Below, piece by piece: positions 1 through 14,114 of a stretch of 64,000 nt of DNA. The position numbers and the translations under genes are program-made. The notes beneath the pieces were generated by a model. That model worked only from the letters and a program-made list of their open reading frames with translations. It did no database searches and was not told where the DNA came from. Positions within the stretch are counted from its first letter, which is position 1; every line of letters begins with the position of its first letter. Origin of the DNA: Tubulanus polymorphus (Eukaryota; Animalia; Nemertea). Where the stretch lies: positions 19,626,150 through 19,690,149 of the forward strand of contig NC_134026.1 of assembly GCF_964204645.1 (NCBI RefSeq). Reading direction: 5' to 3'.

Positions 1-1345
1 GCGATAGAAGTAGAGCAAATATTAGAAATTAAGCTCAGGAGTGGTCAGTTCCAAGTGCCATAACACTTAATATACTCGACATAGTATTGTCTGTTTATCC
101 CCCTATTTTCAATTTTCTGTTTAAACTGTATGTATTTTAGTAGACTAGATTAAATGTGAAATGCTTGCAAAAAGTAAAATCGACACAGCTGAGGGGTCAT
201 TTTTCTCAGCCCTGTATTATACAGTGCAGTACGGTAATCACCATTGACAATTTTAGTTATAAAAGATGATATTCATATGAAAACACTGGATTCATTTGAT
301 AAATTGGGCATATCCCTGGAAAGATTGCTTTTGCATGAATCCAGCTAAAGATTTTTTTTTGCATTTGTAATGTTGAATTTTTTACATTATCTCCACGGGC
401 ATCACTTCAGCTTTTCAGTTCTTAGAATTATTAGAATAATATATCACCAGGTGCATCAAAGCGGTTGAGGCCATTTCTAGTATTGGTTTCGTCAATCCAG
501 CTCATGAATTTGAATCCTGGTGGAGTTTCTTGGCCAAAGGGTCAACTCTGGCCTCTCTCCTTATAAGGAAAAAACCTTGACTGTGGTAGAAAGTTGCACT
601 CAGCCGGTTTAAGGATAGAACTAGGTTCATGCGTACATTATTTACAATCTATCATGGACGACTTTTACAGTAACGATGTCCGTAGTCTATATCTTCATCT
701 GTAAACCGGACTGGTTTAGTTTAGTACTCTCGTAAAAATTAAAGAACTTATCTACTATTCCTGCATTATTAACAAGCCCATGATTTAGAATTTCTTTCTA
801 GCTCAATATTATATCTTGCTTATAATGCCGCTCCATTGAATCATTTCGAAAGTCCATTTTAATTTAATTTTTGGCTTGATTGAATTACATAGATTACAGA
901 GTGGTAGGTAAATAATGCTTCTCGTGATTTTATACACGTACGTACACTTTAAACGTTCTTATAATCTCATGATGCCGATGTTTGACGACACACTATGATG
1001 TGACATTGTAATGATTTTGTTGTTTGATGGTAGTTTCCTGCACATTTTCACTCCTAGTCAAACAGCTGGTAACTTGAAGTAGACTGGTGAAATTATAATA
1101 GTTAGGGTGATATTATATATAACGTCTCGCAGATGTGTAATAAACTTTTTCTCGATATCTACTGATTGCATTTTTTTCTGGCAGCAAGAAAGTTGGTTCT
1201 TGATTTTTTTTTAAACCTATGTATATTTTATACCTTACCTAGACATTTAGTGGTGTGACTGTAAATTCGATTTTTAGTGTGCCATGTACCAATCTAGTAT
1301 AGGCCTATCTCACAATCATGGTTAAGTAGGGTCTGTATTTGTAAA

Positions 1346-1484
1346 ACAGGTTCCAGTTTCATGAAAGTTTAAACTATGATTTTTGCTTTATTTTCCATTG
1401 GTTACTTCACATTATCAATGAGGACCACAATTCAAACTTCTTAACCGATTTAAGTTTTAAACTTTTTCATGAAACTGGACCCTG
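1346..1484. mobile_element. Small MITE-like inverted-repeat element
   Basis: Ends CAGGTTCCAGTTTCATGAAA... and ...TTTCATGAAACTGGACCCTG are inverted repeats; related ends occur at 5228-5327 and 8026-8397. Confidence 0.6.
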
Positions 1485-2880
1485 GTGTCATTCTGCAACC
1501 TGGCCACCCATTCAGACGTTGATTGTTCGACATCTGAGAGGTGGCTCCTGGCTGTAGATGATACCGCCATAAATTTGAAATATGTAAAAGATATCAAGCA
1601 TAATTATCACGTTTATGTTGACTTGCTTTTATTCTGTATTATTGGGCATTGTACACAAAATACGCGGTAGAACTTAAGAACATGATAACTAAAATCATTG
1701 CCGTTCACACAGTGTTTATTCATGTCTATGCAGGCATAAATCTACTCTGAACCCACCCTTAATGCTGGTATGGAAATCAGATTGTGCAGACTTCATCTAT
1801 CAAATGATGACTGTCTGATAGGCTCCGGTTTCTGGATAGCAAATTAGTCTACTTATGCGAATTCTTTTTGCTCACATATCTCACATATCATCGGACGGAT
1901 ACTCGCGATGTACTATATATCATATCAAGCTTTCTACTAATTTATATCAATATCATAGCTTTGTTAATCATTATTTTTACGTTCTTTAATCATTGAATAC
2001 CAGCTGCCTTTTGTTGCGACGAAAGGTTGCAGCAACAGCGGCAAAAGTTTGATCTCAACCCGAGGCAAAACTCCGCCAATAAGCTGAGCAGCCTAAATTT
2101 CGTACATAGGATAATTTTCAACGATATTTTTTCCATCATAACCGCTAGAATCAAGATGACAGCAGTTTTGGCACTTTGTGTAGACGTTGAAGTAACATTT
2201 CATTGCTAGATGACATAAATGTACTGGCTTGAAAAATAAACTAGAAATGTACCGGTTATAAAAAAAACTTAGCGCTAATGAAAATAAGTATTTAGGCCTA
2301 CATTACTTAAAAATAAATGTAGGATGATCTAAAATGGAAATATCACGAGGCGATTTTGTCATATGTACAATAGACTGCGCTCAAGTCGGGTCTGGTCAAC
2401 TCGGATTTAACCCTTTAACTCAAATGTTTGTTGTTTTAATATTTTTTTACACTATGAAATATGTAACATCAAACTCGTTCAATGCCATGTATATCAATGT
2501 TGAGCGATATTCAATAAGTCGTAAAAGTTTTCACCGTTCCGAAAGGTTTGACTGAAGCAGAGTCTACAGCGTTTAGATTAACATTCCATAGAAATATTGT
2601 AGAATACTACCTATACATATATAAGCCTGCAAAGAAATAGTATTACAATAGTATTGGTAGATTTGTATTATGATATAGTGGGTGATTTATATTTGTACAT
2701 TTTTTTGGTATTTTGATGATGGCATCAGTTGGCAAGTTTTGATTTCTCTGTTAGGGAAATATGATGTAATAGGTCCTATGGACTGCGTATTTTATTTAAT
2801 GAAAATTTAAGTTGGGTATGTTTTCCGTTTGTGTAGCCATGTGGATGGTTGTAAGTTTGACTTGACTCGCCTTGAAATAA

Positions 2881-3054
2881 CAGCGGAACCTTGTTGCAGC
2901 GAACTTCGCGGGAACAGAAAATATGTTCATTATAATCGATAGTTTGTTAAATGCAGTTGGAAATTTATTAAATTTTCTTACTTGGGACGAAATTCTATAT
3001 TTGTAATATCCGATGAATCATTGTATCCGAGATCGTTATAACGAGGTTCCACTG
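2881..3054. mobile_element. Tc1/mariner-like MITE remnant
   Basis: CAGCGGAACCTTGTT... and ...ATAACGAGGTTCCACTG followed by TA form imperfect terminal inverted repeats. Confidence 0.5.
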
Positions 3055-4992
3055 TAGTTCACTTTCACTCATTGAATGCGTCAACCTTTATACGCGGAAC
3101 TAGCTGTTGAAGTATGATATACATTGTACATGTACCTGGTTAAAAGTCGATTCAGACATTAAATGAATGCACTAGTTTGTATACATACTGCATTTTTTGG
3201 CAGGATGCATATCCCCCTCTCAATTCCTTTATCTCTGTGCCCTTTTGTCGATGTGGACACATAATGGATTCTAATGATTTCAGTTCTCATTTCGAATTCG
3301 GATGAACTTGTAGTTGAGTTAACCACTTCGGGTTAAATGTAAAATTTATCTATAAAACCTGCCCGTGTAGTCCTTTTTACTTGTTTGGCAAATGCGGTAT
3401 TTATTAGACACCACTGGGTTGTTCTTCCCCATTTCAAAGTCTTCCTGTAATTGTCGATTTACTAACAATAAATCATCACCAGTAAATGATGTCTTTCTTC
3501 ACTTTATTTAATTTACTGCATGCGACTGTTCATTTAGTTTCTACTGTGTATAGGAAGGTGATGCGATGATTGACAACTAAACTGAAGTCAACTGTCAAAA
3601 GCCCATAAAAGTGATCAGTTACGAATCCTGACCCTATTTGGAAATAAACTTTACCAGCATTTTCTGCTAAATCTACAAATCAGGTAAGCCCCCAGTAAAT
3701 GCACATAGACACAACTTTCTGAGATTTTCTGGAGCAACTTTCCATTCTTGCATCTAGCCTCTGATATTCACCATGTTGGGGTTACTCTAATTTGATTTCA
3801 GTTCTATCCATTAACAAACTGTGTCCATTCGTAATTGGAAATATACTTTTAGGTAAAATACTCTGCATTCATCAAAATTATGTGGATAGCCTCTTACGCA
3901 ACCCCTTTTCCATTTTCATGGTTCTAAAAAAGGGATTTCATTTGAATCATATGCATTACAACTAGGACACCATCCTTCTTTGGGATGTATTTTACAAATA
4001 TCAGTCCCGTTATCTAAATCAGATTTAAAAGGATTTTGATTGTCCTCTGTAGTTTCAATCTTTACAATTGAATACAGTACAGGAAGCAACATAAAATCCA
4101 CGAAATCAACGATCTAATACAGACATCATTTACAATGTAATGTTTTTATTTGGTTCTATCTACATTGTGCAGCGCATATATATGCAAGATACCAACTTTC
4201 AAGTTTAAATGCAGAATAGGTTAATCGGGAAACCTAGAAAGTTATAATAATAGAAAATAAACCATGAACATTATTTCTGAAAAAATTTCTGAATGCGGAA
4301 ATTATTTACATTATTCACATGAATTAATTATAGCAGACTTCAGCAAGCCTGGAGTTTTGTGGCAAGCGAATTCCAGGGTAGTCAGAGCTACAATACGTCA
4401 TCGCCACATACATAGGGGGACAAGATTTTAATATTTAGCCAGAAAATGCAATACCCGGGAATCCGAGGCAATCGGGTACATGAAAAATAGAGTCTACTGT
4501 ATTTACATAATATGTACACAAGTATTCACACTCATAACTAAATAATATCTACACAAGTGATAAACGAGTTGAGATTGATGCAGGTACTCATCTACCGCGA
4601 GGAACAACTGTGTCGGACGCTCAACATTTTTAGAAAAATTTGTCAACTTTGTAGTCGTCGCAATGCATCACCATGTCTGACGGTAGGGTCCGGACTGATG
4701 ATTGATAGCAGCATTAACATGTTTACTGCCTCCATGATAAGACAGTGCTGTTTTCATTTGCAACGAAACGATATCCGAGTTGACAATAGAGCTATTACGC
4801 AGTTAGCCATTGTTCAGAAGTGACCAATGGGCATCATGCCGATGTAGTTGTCAATACCAGCCAAGTAGCAACCGACATTTTGCGTAATGGAAACGATGAT
4901 ACCAGTAAACATCTCGCAACTAAACACGTGTTAACATGTTCATCAGATTTTATCTGAATAATTACAATGTATAGAGTAATAGAAAACAGGAT

Positions 4993-7900
4993 TCACAATC
5001 CGGGCATGAAATACGCTATATTGTCCAGCGTCGAGGCCAGCGTAAAGTCCGTAATGGCATTCATCTGCGGCACTTGTGTTGTAAGCGCCGTCAACGGTCC
5101 CAGCGCACCGAGTAACGAATCCAAAAGTACCGATATACTTCCCTGCACGGCGATCTGGCCCTATAACAAAAGGGAATTTGTGAATATACGATTTTAAAAT
5201 GAGATAACTCATAACTCTCAATGCAGCAGGACCTGGTTCCACAGTTTAGAGTTTTTCCACAGTTTGGAGTTTAGTCTGAGTTAACTATTGTGTTAAATCT
5301 GAACTAACAACTGTGGAACCGGGTCCAGGGCTGCAAACCTGTGAAAAGTGCTATCGCTAACAAATTGAATTTTCTCATTGAAATATAAAAGAAAACGTTT
5401 CAGTAATCAAAACAGTAGGACCCTCGGTTACATTTTTCATACCAGTACTTCTGTATGCATCAAGCAAATCAGTGTTTCTTGTTATAAAACAGTAATAAAT
5501 ACTAAAGATGAGGAACAGTTGGCAGTTCTGATGCAGTTAACCCAACTAAATCTAGATCAATTGAGACTGATGATATTAATCAATGCGGTTTATAAGAAAT
5601 CATATTCTCTGTGCAGTAAATTCATGTATAAGGACGTGTATTATTGAATACCAGTAATATCTGCATTGAATCAAAACAGAACAGAAGCAGTAGATATGTA
5701 GAAAAGTATTTTCTAACAGTTTCGGGGTAACTTCTAAACCCCATTATCAGAGAAACTGTGGGTTTTTATTTGTTAACTCAACACAGAGATTAATATCAGT
5801 TCACTATAGTCAGAGGAGAAGCAGGTTTGATCACAAAGTTTATTATCTTCCAATGTTTTGAATCTTTACAAAGAAACATCAGCAGCACTCCCTGAGTGAT
5901 GACATCAGTATAGGACTCCGTGTTAGACGTACCAGTACGCTTCTTTTGATATAATGTACGTACAGTCAAACCTTGTTAACAAGAATTCTTTTATTGTGAA
6001 ACATGTGCATTACGACGATTGCCAGACCTTCAGGCTGCAGTATTTATATTAATCCACATTTGAATAATGCGAAACCGGTTTTACGCAACAATTTCAGAGT
6101 TGCCCACAGGATTCACTGTATCAATCCGCTGCCTCGGGTATTCCATTGGTTCCAAATTAAACCATTTTACCAAGTCAAAATCACTAGAATTCGATTACAT
6201 TTTACTTACTTTGTGCTCAGTAAGCCGAGTACCGATGATGCTGAGGCTTTCCCCTAATAGTTTCAGATGTGCTGCGACGTCAATTGGTTCAGTGTCGGGT
6301 GGCTGCGAATATAATACAACATCGAAATATTGATCACGTGTGCATTATACAGCGAAACAAGGCCTGCTGGCACAGGGACCAATCCACATCTAAGAAATTA
6401 CATCTCATAAATTTCAAGTGTGGCATTTTTTATTCATCTATTATTCTTAAGTCATGATGAGAAGATTTGTAGAGTAGCCGTGTTAACCGGTTTAGTTTAA
6501 TGACGAGACGAATAGTACTATATAGGTTAACTACTTATTTTAGCTCTTTATTTCGCGCTTCATTATATAAAACTTGTGCGTCAAATAAATAGTTTACCTA
6601 TATAATACTACTCGCCTTGGCATTTATTATATTTTAGTACGTTATAACTGGGCCACAAGTTCGACGAAAATTCAAAGCCCAAAAATAAATTTTCAAGACC
6701 CAAAGTGGTGAAATCAAGGCTTTTCCAGGATTTCAAAGCCCGCTACAAATCCCTTATTACCTTGAACTGTGCAACCTCAGCCGACCGAGCTGCCTTGATC
6801 AGGGAAGCCGTTTTCCTATATACAGTGGGATAGGGATGAATGATGACGCGGCGTGCACTGGGATTCGTTGCCGCACCGTTGCCGGTGCTGCCACCGCTGC
6901 CGCCGCCACCACCACCGCTACCACCAGCCACGACAATCGATAACGCTTTGGCTGCCTTCGCTGCCGCGCGTTTCGCCTTCCTTTTGTAAACGAGTTTCTC
7001 TTTCTCGGGAAGCCCTTGCCAAATTTCCCCGAGTCGCTTGCTTATCGCCGAGAAGTCTATTACGTCAAAGAAAGAAACAAAAACAAATCGTTTGAAAAAA
7101 GAGTTGAAAATAGTTCACGAGCCACTGAGTTCCACATCTGCATAATTTTATATATTCACTTTTCTTCAGAAGATTAATTTTCGTGGAATAAGTGGCGCTG
7201 CGTAGAGCCCAACGCGCACAACACAGAAACATGGAAACAAACATGTTTGGTCTTCAAACGTTTTTCATGAAACCAAATTTCCCGTTTGTTACGACACACA
7301 GGGAAATGCTTGGAAACATGTTTCCGTCGCTTATTTCCGTGTTGTTTCCCTGCATTGCGTGCGATGGGCTTAAAGTACGTATGCAAAACCATGTACCCCT
7401 ACAAAATTTCGAGCAAGTAGTAAAATTTTTAATGGCTCCAAACAACCCCTGAATAATCCTGACTATACGCCCGGATCATATTCGCCAAGTAATTTCTTAC
7501 CTCTATCTGGATTTTCGGCAAGAACCTTCGGTCGATAGAGATTGCAGAACAACATGTACGCGGTCGGGCCAGGTCGGCGACGTCTCTTTCTTCTCAGTTC
7601 TTTTTGCTACAAACAGAATTGTATATTTTCAGTTCTGCGTAGTATCTGTAGGGAAAATTGGCAATATATGCGACAGGCGACAAAAAGGCACATTTGTTAG
7701 TACTAGTAGTAGTTCCTTCTTGCAAGACTGCGATGGCTGCATGTTGTGCTAGGGGGTTGAAAGACACCGCGTATGCCATCTTGGTGATAGTGAAAAACTT
7801 ACCATAAAAAACAAAATTCACAAAAACCTGGCTACGAATCCAGGTGTAACCGAAGAAATATACATGTAAAAACTCACTTTTTTGGATTGAGCATTTTTTC

Positions 7901-10900
7901 CAGGCTTTTTTCGTTTTCCGTTTGTATCAAAGTAAGCGCTGCCCGGGCTGTTGCCATCATTTAACTTAGCATCTAAGAAATGAAAACATTAATTTCAAAT
8001 TTTTTATCATTGATACTCGAAATTCTGGACCGAGTTGCACAGATGTGTTGGTTACGTTTGAATCTGCGGTAAAAAATTAGTTCATTTCCAAAGTTTTAGC
8101 CGTAGAGTCAAATTCAACTGGGTCCAACAAGCATCGACACCAGGGGCCAGTAGCACAGTCGCGACTTAAGTCCAAAAGTGGTCTTAAATCTTAAGACTGG
8201 TCTCAAGTTGTTGGATTGACTATAGAACTTAGTTGGTCTTGGACTGTTCTTCAGTCTAAGCCATGACTATGCAACCGGCCCCAGGATTCAGTTCTACAGT
8301 TGCGAGCTAGAGTTAACTCCGAGTCAAAATCATTTAATTTTCGATGAGTTAACTTTGGGTCGAATCTAAACTTAGAACTACCGAAACTGGATCCTGCAGT
8401 CAGGTGTCACTCGACAATGCCAGTCTCAATAGACACCCATACTCTCTCTTAACATACCCACTGAAATAGCACTGTGAAATAAACAGCAACACATTGCTTT
8501 GTTTATCCGATTTCGGTTGACAAAACATCATAAGAATGCGCAATAAGTCGATTAAAAAGTACACTTCATATTAAAGCCTATATTTTTATAAACTCATTAA
8601 TTCAATTCGTAAGTGTGGGTTTTGACTAACAGACCGACGCATATTAAACGCTTTATGGACTTTTCCGTCTAACTACAGGATGCATATATTTCGGTTATCG
8701 TTAAGTACTTTGATGAATGCTCCTTAAGAACAGAATTGCCACTGAATGGATATATAAACAATAGCCTAAAGCCGCGATCGCACAAACATTTTCAGCCCAG
8801 AACAACTGGACTGTATACATGGATGCCAAATGAGCCCATGCCTGTTTGGTCCAGGTCAAAATAATTTGATCGGACCAGCAGGCCAGAGCCAAATTTTAGC
8901 ACGGGTCAAATTATTGCATGGGAATAGCGACTAGTTCAGAAAGTGACTCACTTCGCTTTGTTTAAGCATTCAAAATAGTATCGGGTTAATGGTTTATGAG
9001 TGGAACATGTTCTTCGATAAGAAACGGCCAAATTTGACTCGAGCCAATTTGATCCAGGCCAAAAAGCGATCATGGCCCATGTGACGACCCATAGATAGAT
9101 ACAATGTAAAAAAAATCCGCAGTTACTCACCTTTCTTCAACTTTTTTATCTTGTGGAAACTCGTCGATTTAGTCGATGGCACAACGATCTGCAATATATC
9201 GTCCGAATTGCTGTCGTTGTCTTCTTTTGCGTCGACTCCGGTATTTACGACATCGCCGGGAGCCAGTTGCGCCGGTTCTCCTTTGATCTTCTTCTTTTTC
9301 TTCTTCGTCGGCTTCGTCGTATCGCCATTGCCATCCGTCGTCGACTTTTTTGCGAAATCCGGCGACTCGGGTTTTACGACCGTAAAGGGTTCGGCAGCCG
9401 ACGCTTCTATGTTCAACGTCGGTTTCAAGATTTCGCCGGGCTCGATCTCGGGGAAGTTAACCGCGTCGTCCGCGACTTCCTTATTACTATCCTTCGATGC
9501 CTGAACGTCTTTCGGCTTTTTCGCCTGTTCGACGTCTTTCTCTTTTTTCTTCTTTTTGATGGGCTTCGGCAACGCGACGACCAACGGCGCCGAAGCTAAC
9601 GCGTCTTCGAAACTGATTTTAACTTTCTCCTTCGCTTTCGTCGACGAAGGTTTCGCGTCACTCTCGCCCGCGTCATCTTTCTTCGCGATGACGGCACTTT
9701 CAACCGACTTGTTTTCGTTTTTGTTATTTTTGCCCGGTTGGTGAACCGTCGCCTCTTTAGCCGAGACTTTTTCTACGCACGGCGTTGATCCTAAATGCAC
9801 TTTCAACTTCAGACTTTCACGCTCGACTTTATCTTTCCCGTCTGGTTTTTGGGATTTTTTTTTCGACGCTCTAGATCCCCTCGACGACCTTTTATTTACG
9901 ACAGGCTCCGGTTTTATTTCCTTTTCTTCCACTTCTTGCACAACCGGAGGAGGGGTTTTCGCCGTAATTTTTGACGCGCCTTTGTTTCCTTTCGGTGGCG
10001 TTGCTTCCGGAACAGGTTTGACAGACGCTTTCGGTTTTTTGGGTGTCGGCGAAGGCGGTGGTAGCTCCAAAGCTGCCGATTCCTCCATTTTCTTTTTCTA
10101 AAATAGAAATAGCACGTATGTCCAACATTGTACAGTTACATATACTACGTGATACTCACGATCTTATTTTGGATATTCAAAATTTAAAATATAAACAGAC
10201 CACCACAATATCAGGACTTCCAAAGCTCACTTAACCTCTTGACAGTGCTGTCAACCCTTATAGCCATCACTAGTTTTAAGACCTTTTTATCAACTTCAGC
10301 AGTTGCTGCTTAGTATACGGATGATATTTATGTACCGATAATGTATAAATCGATGGTTTGAGTCATTGCATAAGGGAGCGTTCAAATAGTACGTATGATT
10401 TTAGGGGCGAGGGGGTAAAAAATAATGTAGGCCTACTAACTTCGTATGGAGAAGGGGGGCTAAAGAAAAATGTACATAATTTTCAGGTAGGGGGTCTCTC
10501 AAACAAATGTACGTTCTTAATGGACGAGAGATATCCAAAATTACGTCAAACATATGTCCGAGACAAAATAAATTACAGTAAACCGTTTGACATTAAAGGA
10601 TTTGGGTTCCGAACTTATGGGGGCCCAGTTATAGAGAACATGATAGAAACGCAGTACCGGGGTATGGATTTTTTTCTTCATCGCTAGATTTGAATAGCGA
10701 TGATCTGTCTAGACACTCAGACTCCCGACGTTTTTAAGTGAAAGTAGGTCAAAAGTTCTATAAAGTTGGATTAAGTATCATGTTAGGCCTATGTCTAATT
10801 TGTTGATTTGAGGGGGTCTTTCAAAATGTACGTACGGGTGGGGGGGTCAATGAAATAAGTACCAAGATCGTACAAGGGGGAGGGGAGGGGTAAAACTGGC

Positions 10901-13626
10901 CGAACGTACTATCTGAACGCTCCCGAATGGTACAAATGGATAGTCTCTGCTACCCGCTATCAAACTTGACCAAATAGATGGCGTTGTCGTTATTACTAGT
11001 GACTTCAATCCGAGAAATCAAAAGATCGCTCCAGTACTGTTGGATTCGCAGTAGTCATGAGATTAAGATGGCTAAATCACAACAAACGCCTAGCCTATCA
11101 TAATCGCCTGATCATTGTTTACTGTCCAAACGGTATTGAATCTTTGATCAAATAGGATCTAGGCCTAAAAGGATACTTAGAGGGTGGAAGTCTTATTTGA
11201 TTGTAAGAATAGGGTTCATAGTATAGCCTCTATGATCGATCAAATTACATGACTTTCTAATAAGACTATTTGGCCCAATTCGATGACTTTGAAGTCTGTG
11301 ACTGAATGTCATAAAATTCTTATATTGGTCAGACCACCCTCAAAGTTTCAAAGCTAATAAGGTACCTGTCATCAATTTATGATGACAGGAATTTACGACT
11401 TTTTTATGAATATTACCAGTATGTAAAGTATCGTGTAAAATTGAATTTTGATGACGAAATAGATGATAATAAATAAGAAATAAGGTGGGCATCAAAAGTG
11501 TGAACGCTAAAAAGGGAGGTTAGGGAGCTGTTCCCTAATAATAAACCCAGCCTGTAATTTTTCATAAAGCAGTCAATCATTGACCAGGCTAATGGCCTCG
11601 AAGGTTTAGCGTCACCTTTGCAGCCGCTTTTCCCAGAATGGCGTGTTGAATGTCTTCTTTAGATTCTTCCATCTCGAGCAGTTTAGAAGATTTCTTACGC
11701 ACCCGCCCGGTTCTCGAGATGTAACCGGCATCTGAAAATGCATCAGAAATATACTAAAGGTACATACGCAAAACATTGCTGATTTGACAAGTATCGTGTA
11801 CATGGGGAAGTGCCAAACTTACGCATCCTATGGAAGCATTTCAAAATTTTCATATGCCTAGTTATGTAATTAGAATAGGTCTAACTTGCGGGAGTGGGTG
11901 GGAGGTTAAAGGCCTCCTGTGGATTGATCGTAACTGCCCAACTATCAATCATTGTTATATGATTCGAACATTAATATCAATGAATAATAATGAGAAAATA
12001 TAGTGCGAATAGAGCGGGATTCGAACCCAAGCCACGATATTGCTAGCGTAACGTCTTTCCACTAGACCACAAAGGTTCTTGCAATCCGTCAGTAAGTTTC
12101 AACTACATCTACCGTTAGGGTCACCTTGTGTGGCGCTAATGTTATCAATGAAGTTATTAAGGTTAGGGCACAGGGGCTCATATCGGAATTGTAGGCTACA
12201 GGCATAGCAGGCATTGGCATAACATCAACTTTCTTTTAACAAAGACCCTTTTTGTGGCTTTTCACGGAAAGTGCAGATCTGCACCTCTCATAAACGGTTC
12301 AATCAATTCTATTCTGTATCACTGTTTGAGATGAGGAATGTCATCAGGAATTCAGTGGAGTGCGGTTTACTTTGTGATATCTCCACTTGAAAGTAGGTTT
12401 TTGGCACGGTTTTTGTCTCGAGATTGTCGCGATTACATGACCCACTCAATTTGAGAAAGAAAAAGAAAAATTACTTGTCAATTTTAACAATAGTATCAGA
12501 CTCTTTGGCTAGGCCTGGCATTAATAACCCCAGTGACTGTTGACTAAATTTAATTAATTTCATGCACTGATTACCCTCACATAGTTTCAGCAAATACTTG
12601 TGACAAATCTTCACTTCACAGATTTTGAACGCTGTGGCTACTCGTACGGACCCGTACGGATTACTCAGGAGGCTATTCGTACAGAACTGGGATCTGTACG
12701 CTAATAACTGTCGGTGATTGGCTGATTAACGCTGCGCATGCGCACAGAGATGCGCGACTTAGAAAATTCAAGGAAAGTGTGAAGAATAGAGTTAGAGAAA
12801 AATAGAGCGGATCGAGCTTGACTCGAACCCAGGCCAACAAATTACTAGCGCAGCATCATACCACTACACCACCGAGCTCGCTGACAATCAGTCGAATGTT
12901 TTAACTAGCCTCACCTTACCCTAACCCTATCCCTACCCGTACGAACCAGAGTAATCAGTACGGGTGCGTACGAATAGACTACGGAATTATTTGTACAGGA
13001 ATACTAATAATACTAATAATAATATTATTCCTGAAGATGACTATTAGGATATAGTCGAAACGTTGAAATAAACTACTATCTCGAAGTTTCATTTTCGGAC
13101 TTTTTCGTTATAATTGTGGGATTCTCTCTACAACGATTATTTTCTTGTCAGCTGTTTGGAACAAGGCGTCAAATTCATGCTTTTGTGCAAATCTTATTTG
13201 ATTAGATTACACGTGACTAGCAAATTATGATTAGGAAAATCAAATCTGATTTGACAAGATAAATTCGCCTTCAGCTGTGTTCACTGTTATTGTGTACAGA
13301 TTTACCAATCCAATATGGCGTCCTATTGAAAGATCGTCACGATTTTAATAAAAAGCGGGCCAAAAATCTACTTTCTAGTGAAGATATCACAAAATAAATC
13401 ACTGCATTGGATTCCGTGAATCATTCTACAGGCAGAACAGTGATTTGTAATTCATCAGATTGCGTCAATCACGAGTGGTGCGGATCTGCACTATTATTTA
13501 TTAACATTTTCAAAAATTTGAGAATTTGCTTTCTTTTTTTATTTTACCTTCATCGGTACATATTTTTCCAGTTTTAGCAGTGCCGCTGTCCTCAGTATTA
13601 TCCGAAATCTTTCGTTTCGCTGACAT
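4993..13626 (-). CDS. HMGXB4: HMG domain-containing protein 4 (HMGXB4-like), 8 coding exons, 639 aa
   Basis: Exons on minus: 13626-13548, 11731-11616, 10097-9131, 7972-7878, 7606-7501, 7056-6761, 6302-6210, 5160-4993. All introns are GT-AG and phases are consistent (total 1920 nt). HMG box [52 protein letters not shown]. The C-terminus [51 protein letters not shown]...[12 protein letters not shown] matches the characteristic HMGXB4 end. The Lys/Pro-rich 321-aa ORF at 9123-10088 is exon 3. Confidence 0.92.
5228..5327. mobile_element. Small MITE in HMGXB4 intron 7
   Basis: CAGGACCTGGTTCCACAGTT...AACTGTGGAACCGGGTCCAG terminal inverted repeat. Confidence 0.55.
8026..8397. mobile_element. Three adjacent related ~100-140 bp MITEs
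   Basis: CTGGACCGAGTTG...CAACTGGGTCCA; CAGGGGCCAGTAGCACAGTC...GACTATGCAACCGGCCCCAG; CAGGATTCAGTT...AACTGGATCCTG. Confidence 0.55.
10374..10924. mobile_element. Tourist/Harbinger-like MITE in HMGXB4 intron 2
   Basis: TAA|GGGAGCGTTCAAATAGTACGT ... ACGTACTATCTGAACGCTCCC terminal inverted repeats with G-rich subterminal tracts. Confidence 0.6.
12011..12070 (-). repeat. tRNA-derived (SINE-head-like) sequence
   Basis: Minus strand GTGGTCTAGTGG...GGGTTCGAATCCC has Pol III A/B-box-like motifs; no complete cloverleaf. A related copy is at about 12815-12872. Confidence 0.45.
12634..12983. mobile_element. Non-autonomous TIR element with tRNA-like and (CCCTAA)-like internal module
   Basis: Inverted ends GGCTACTCGTACGGACCCGTACGGATTACTC / GAGTAATCAGTACGGGTGCGTACGAATAGAC. 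Its interior is homologous to the interrupted host element at 14053-14117 + 21265-21306 + 24362-24392. Confidence 0.6.
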
Positions 13627-14114
13627 AGCGTTTGTTTATGTGACTATGGCTGTTATTTACTCCGAAAAAAATGAAAAATAACTGCCTGTTTATTATTTTT
13701 GAGGGTTAATAGAAATCGATCGATGCACCGCCTGGCAAATAGACTGGTTACCGGTCTCAATCTAGACTGGTTGCCGGTTTCTATGGAATGGAACATATTG
13801 AATGGGACAGGCAATCAGTCTAGTCTCAATCATCATTGAATGGCACAGGCAACCAGTCTAACTAGGACACGAGGATAGAATACATGTATGTCCTTTTTGT
13901 AGTGAAAACAAGGTAGAAAGCGAATTTCATTTTGTCATGGAATGTCCTAAATTTGAAACCCATAGATCTGTTTCATTCAATAAAGATAAGGCAGTGGATA
14001 TTTTGCTAATGCGGCATTATTCTTGTTAACGCTATTTTGCCAATGGTGTGTTTTGATTGGCTAATTGACGCCACGCATGCGCACAGAGGTGCGCGACTTA
14101 GAACATTCAAGGAA

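Noticed and set aside
445-620. SINE-like sequence
   Set aside because: Only a weak B-box-like motif; no second copy, tail or TSD in the window.
3650-4101. Possible Cys-containing exon remnants on minus (GWCPSCNAYD...KRGC)
   Set aside because: In-frame stop, no consistent splice model and no recognisable family.
6743-6931. Standalone Gly-rich 62-aa ORF, and the 321-aa ORF at 9123-10088 as a separate gene
   Set aside because: Both are internal exons of HMGXB4 with proper splice sites.
12011-12875. tRNA genes
   Set aside because: Only A/B-box-like remnants embedded in repeats; no complete cloverleaf.
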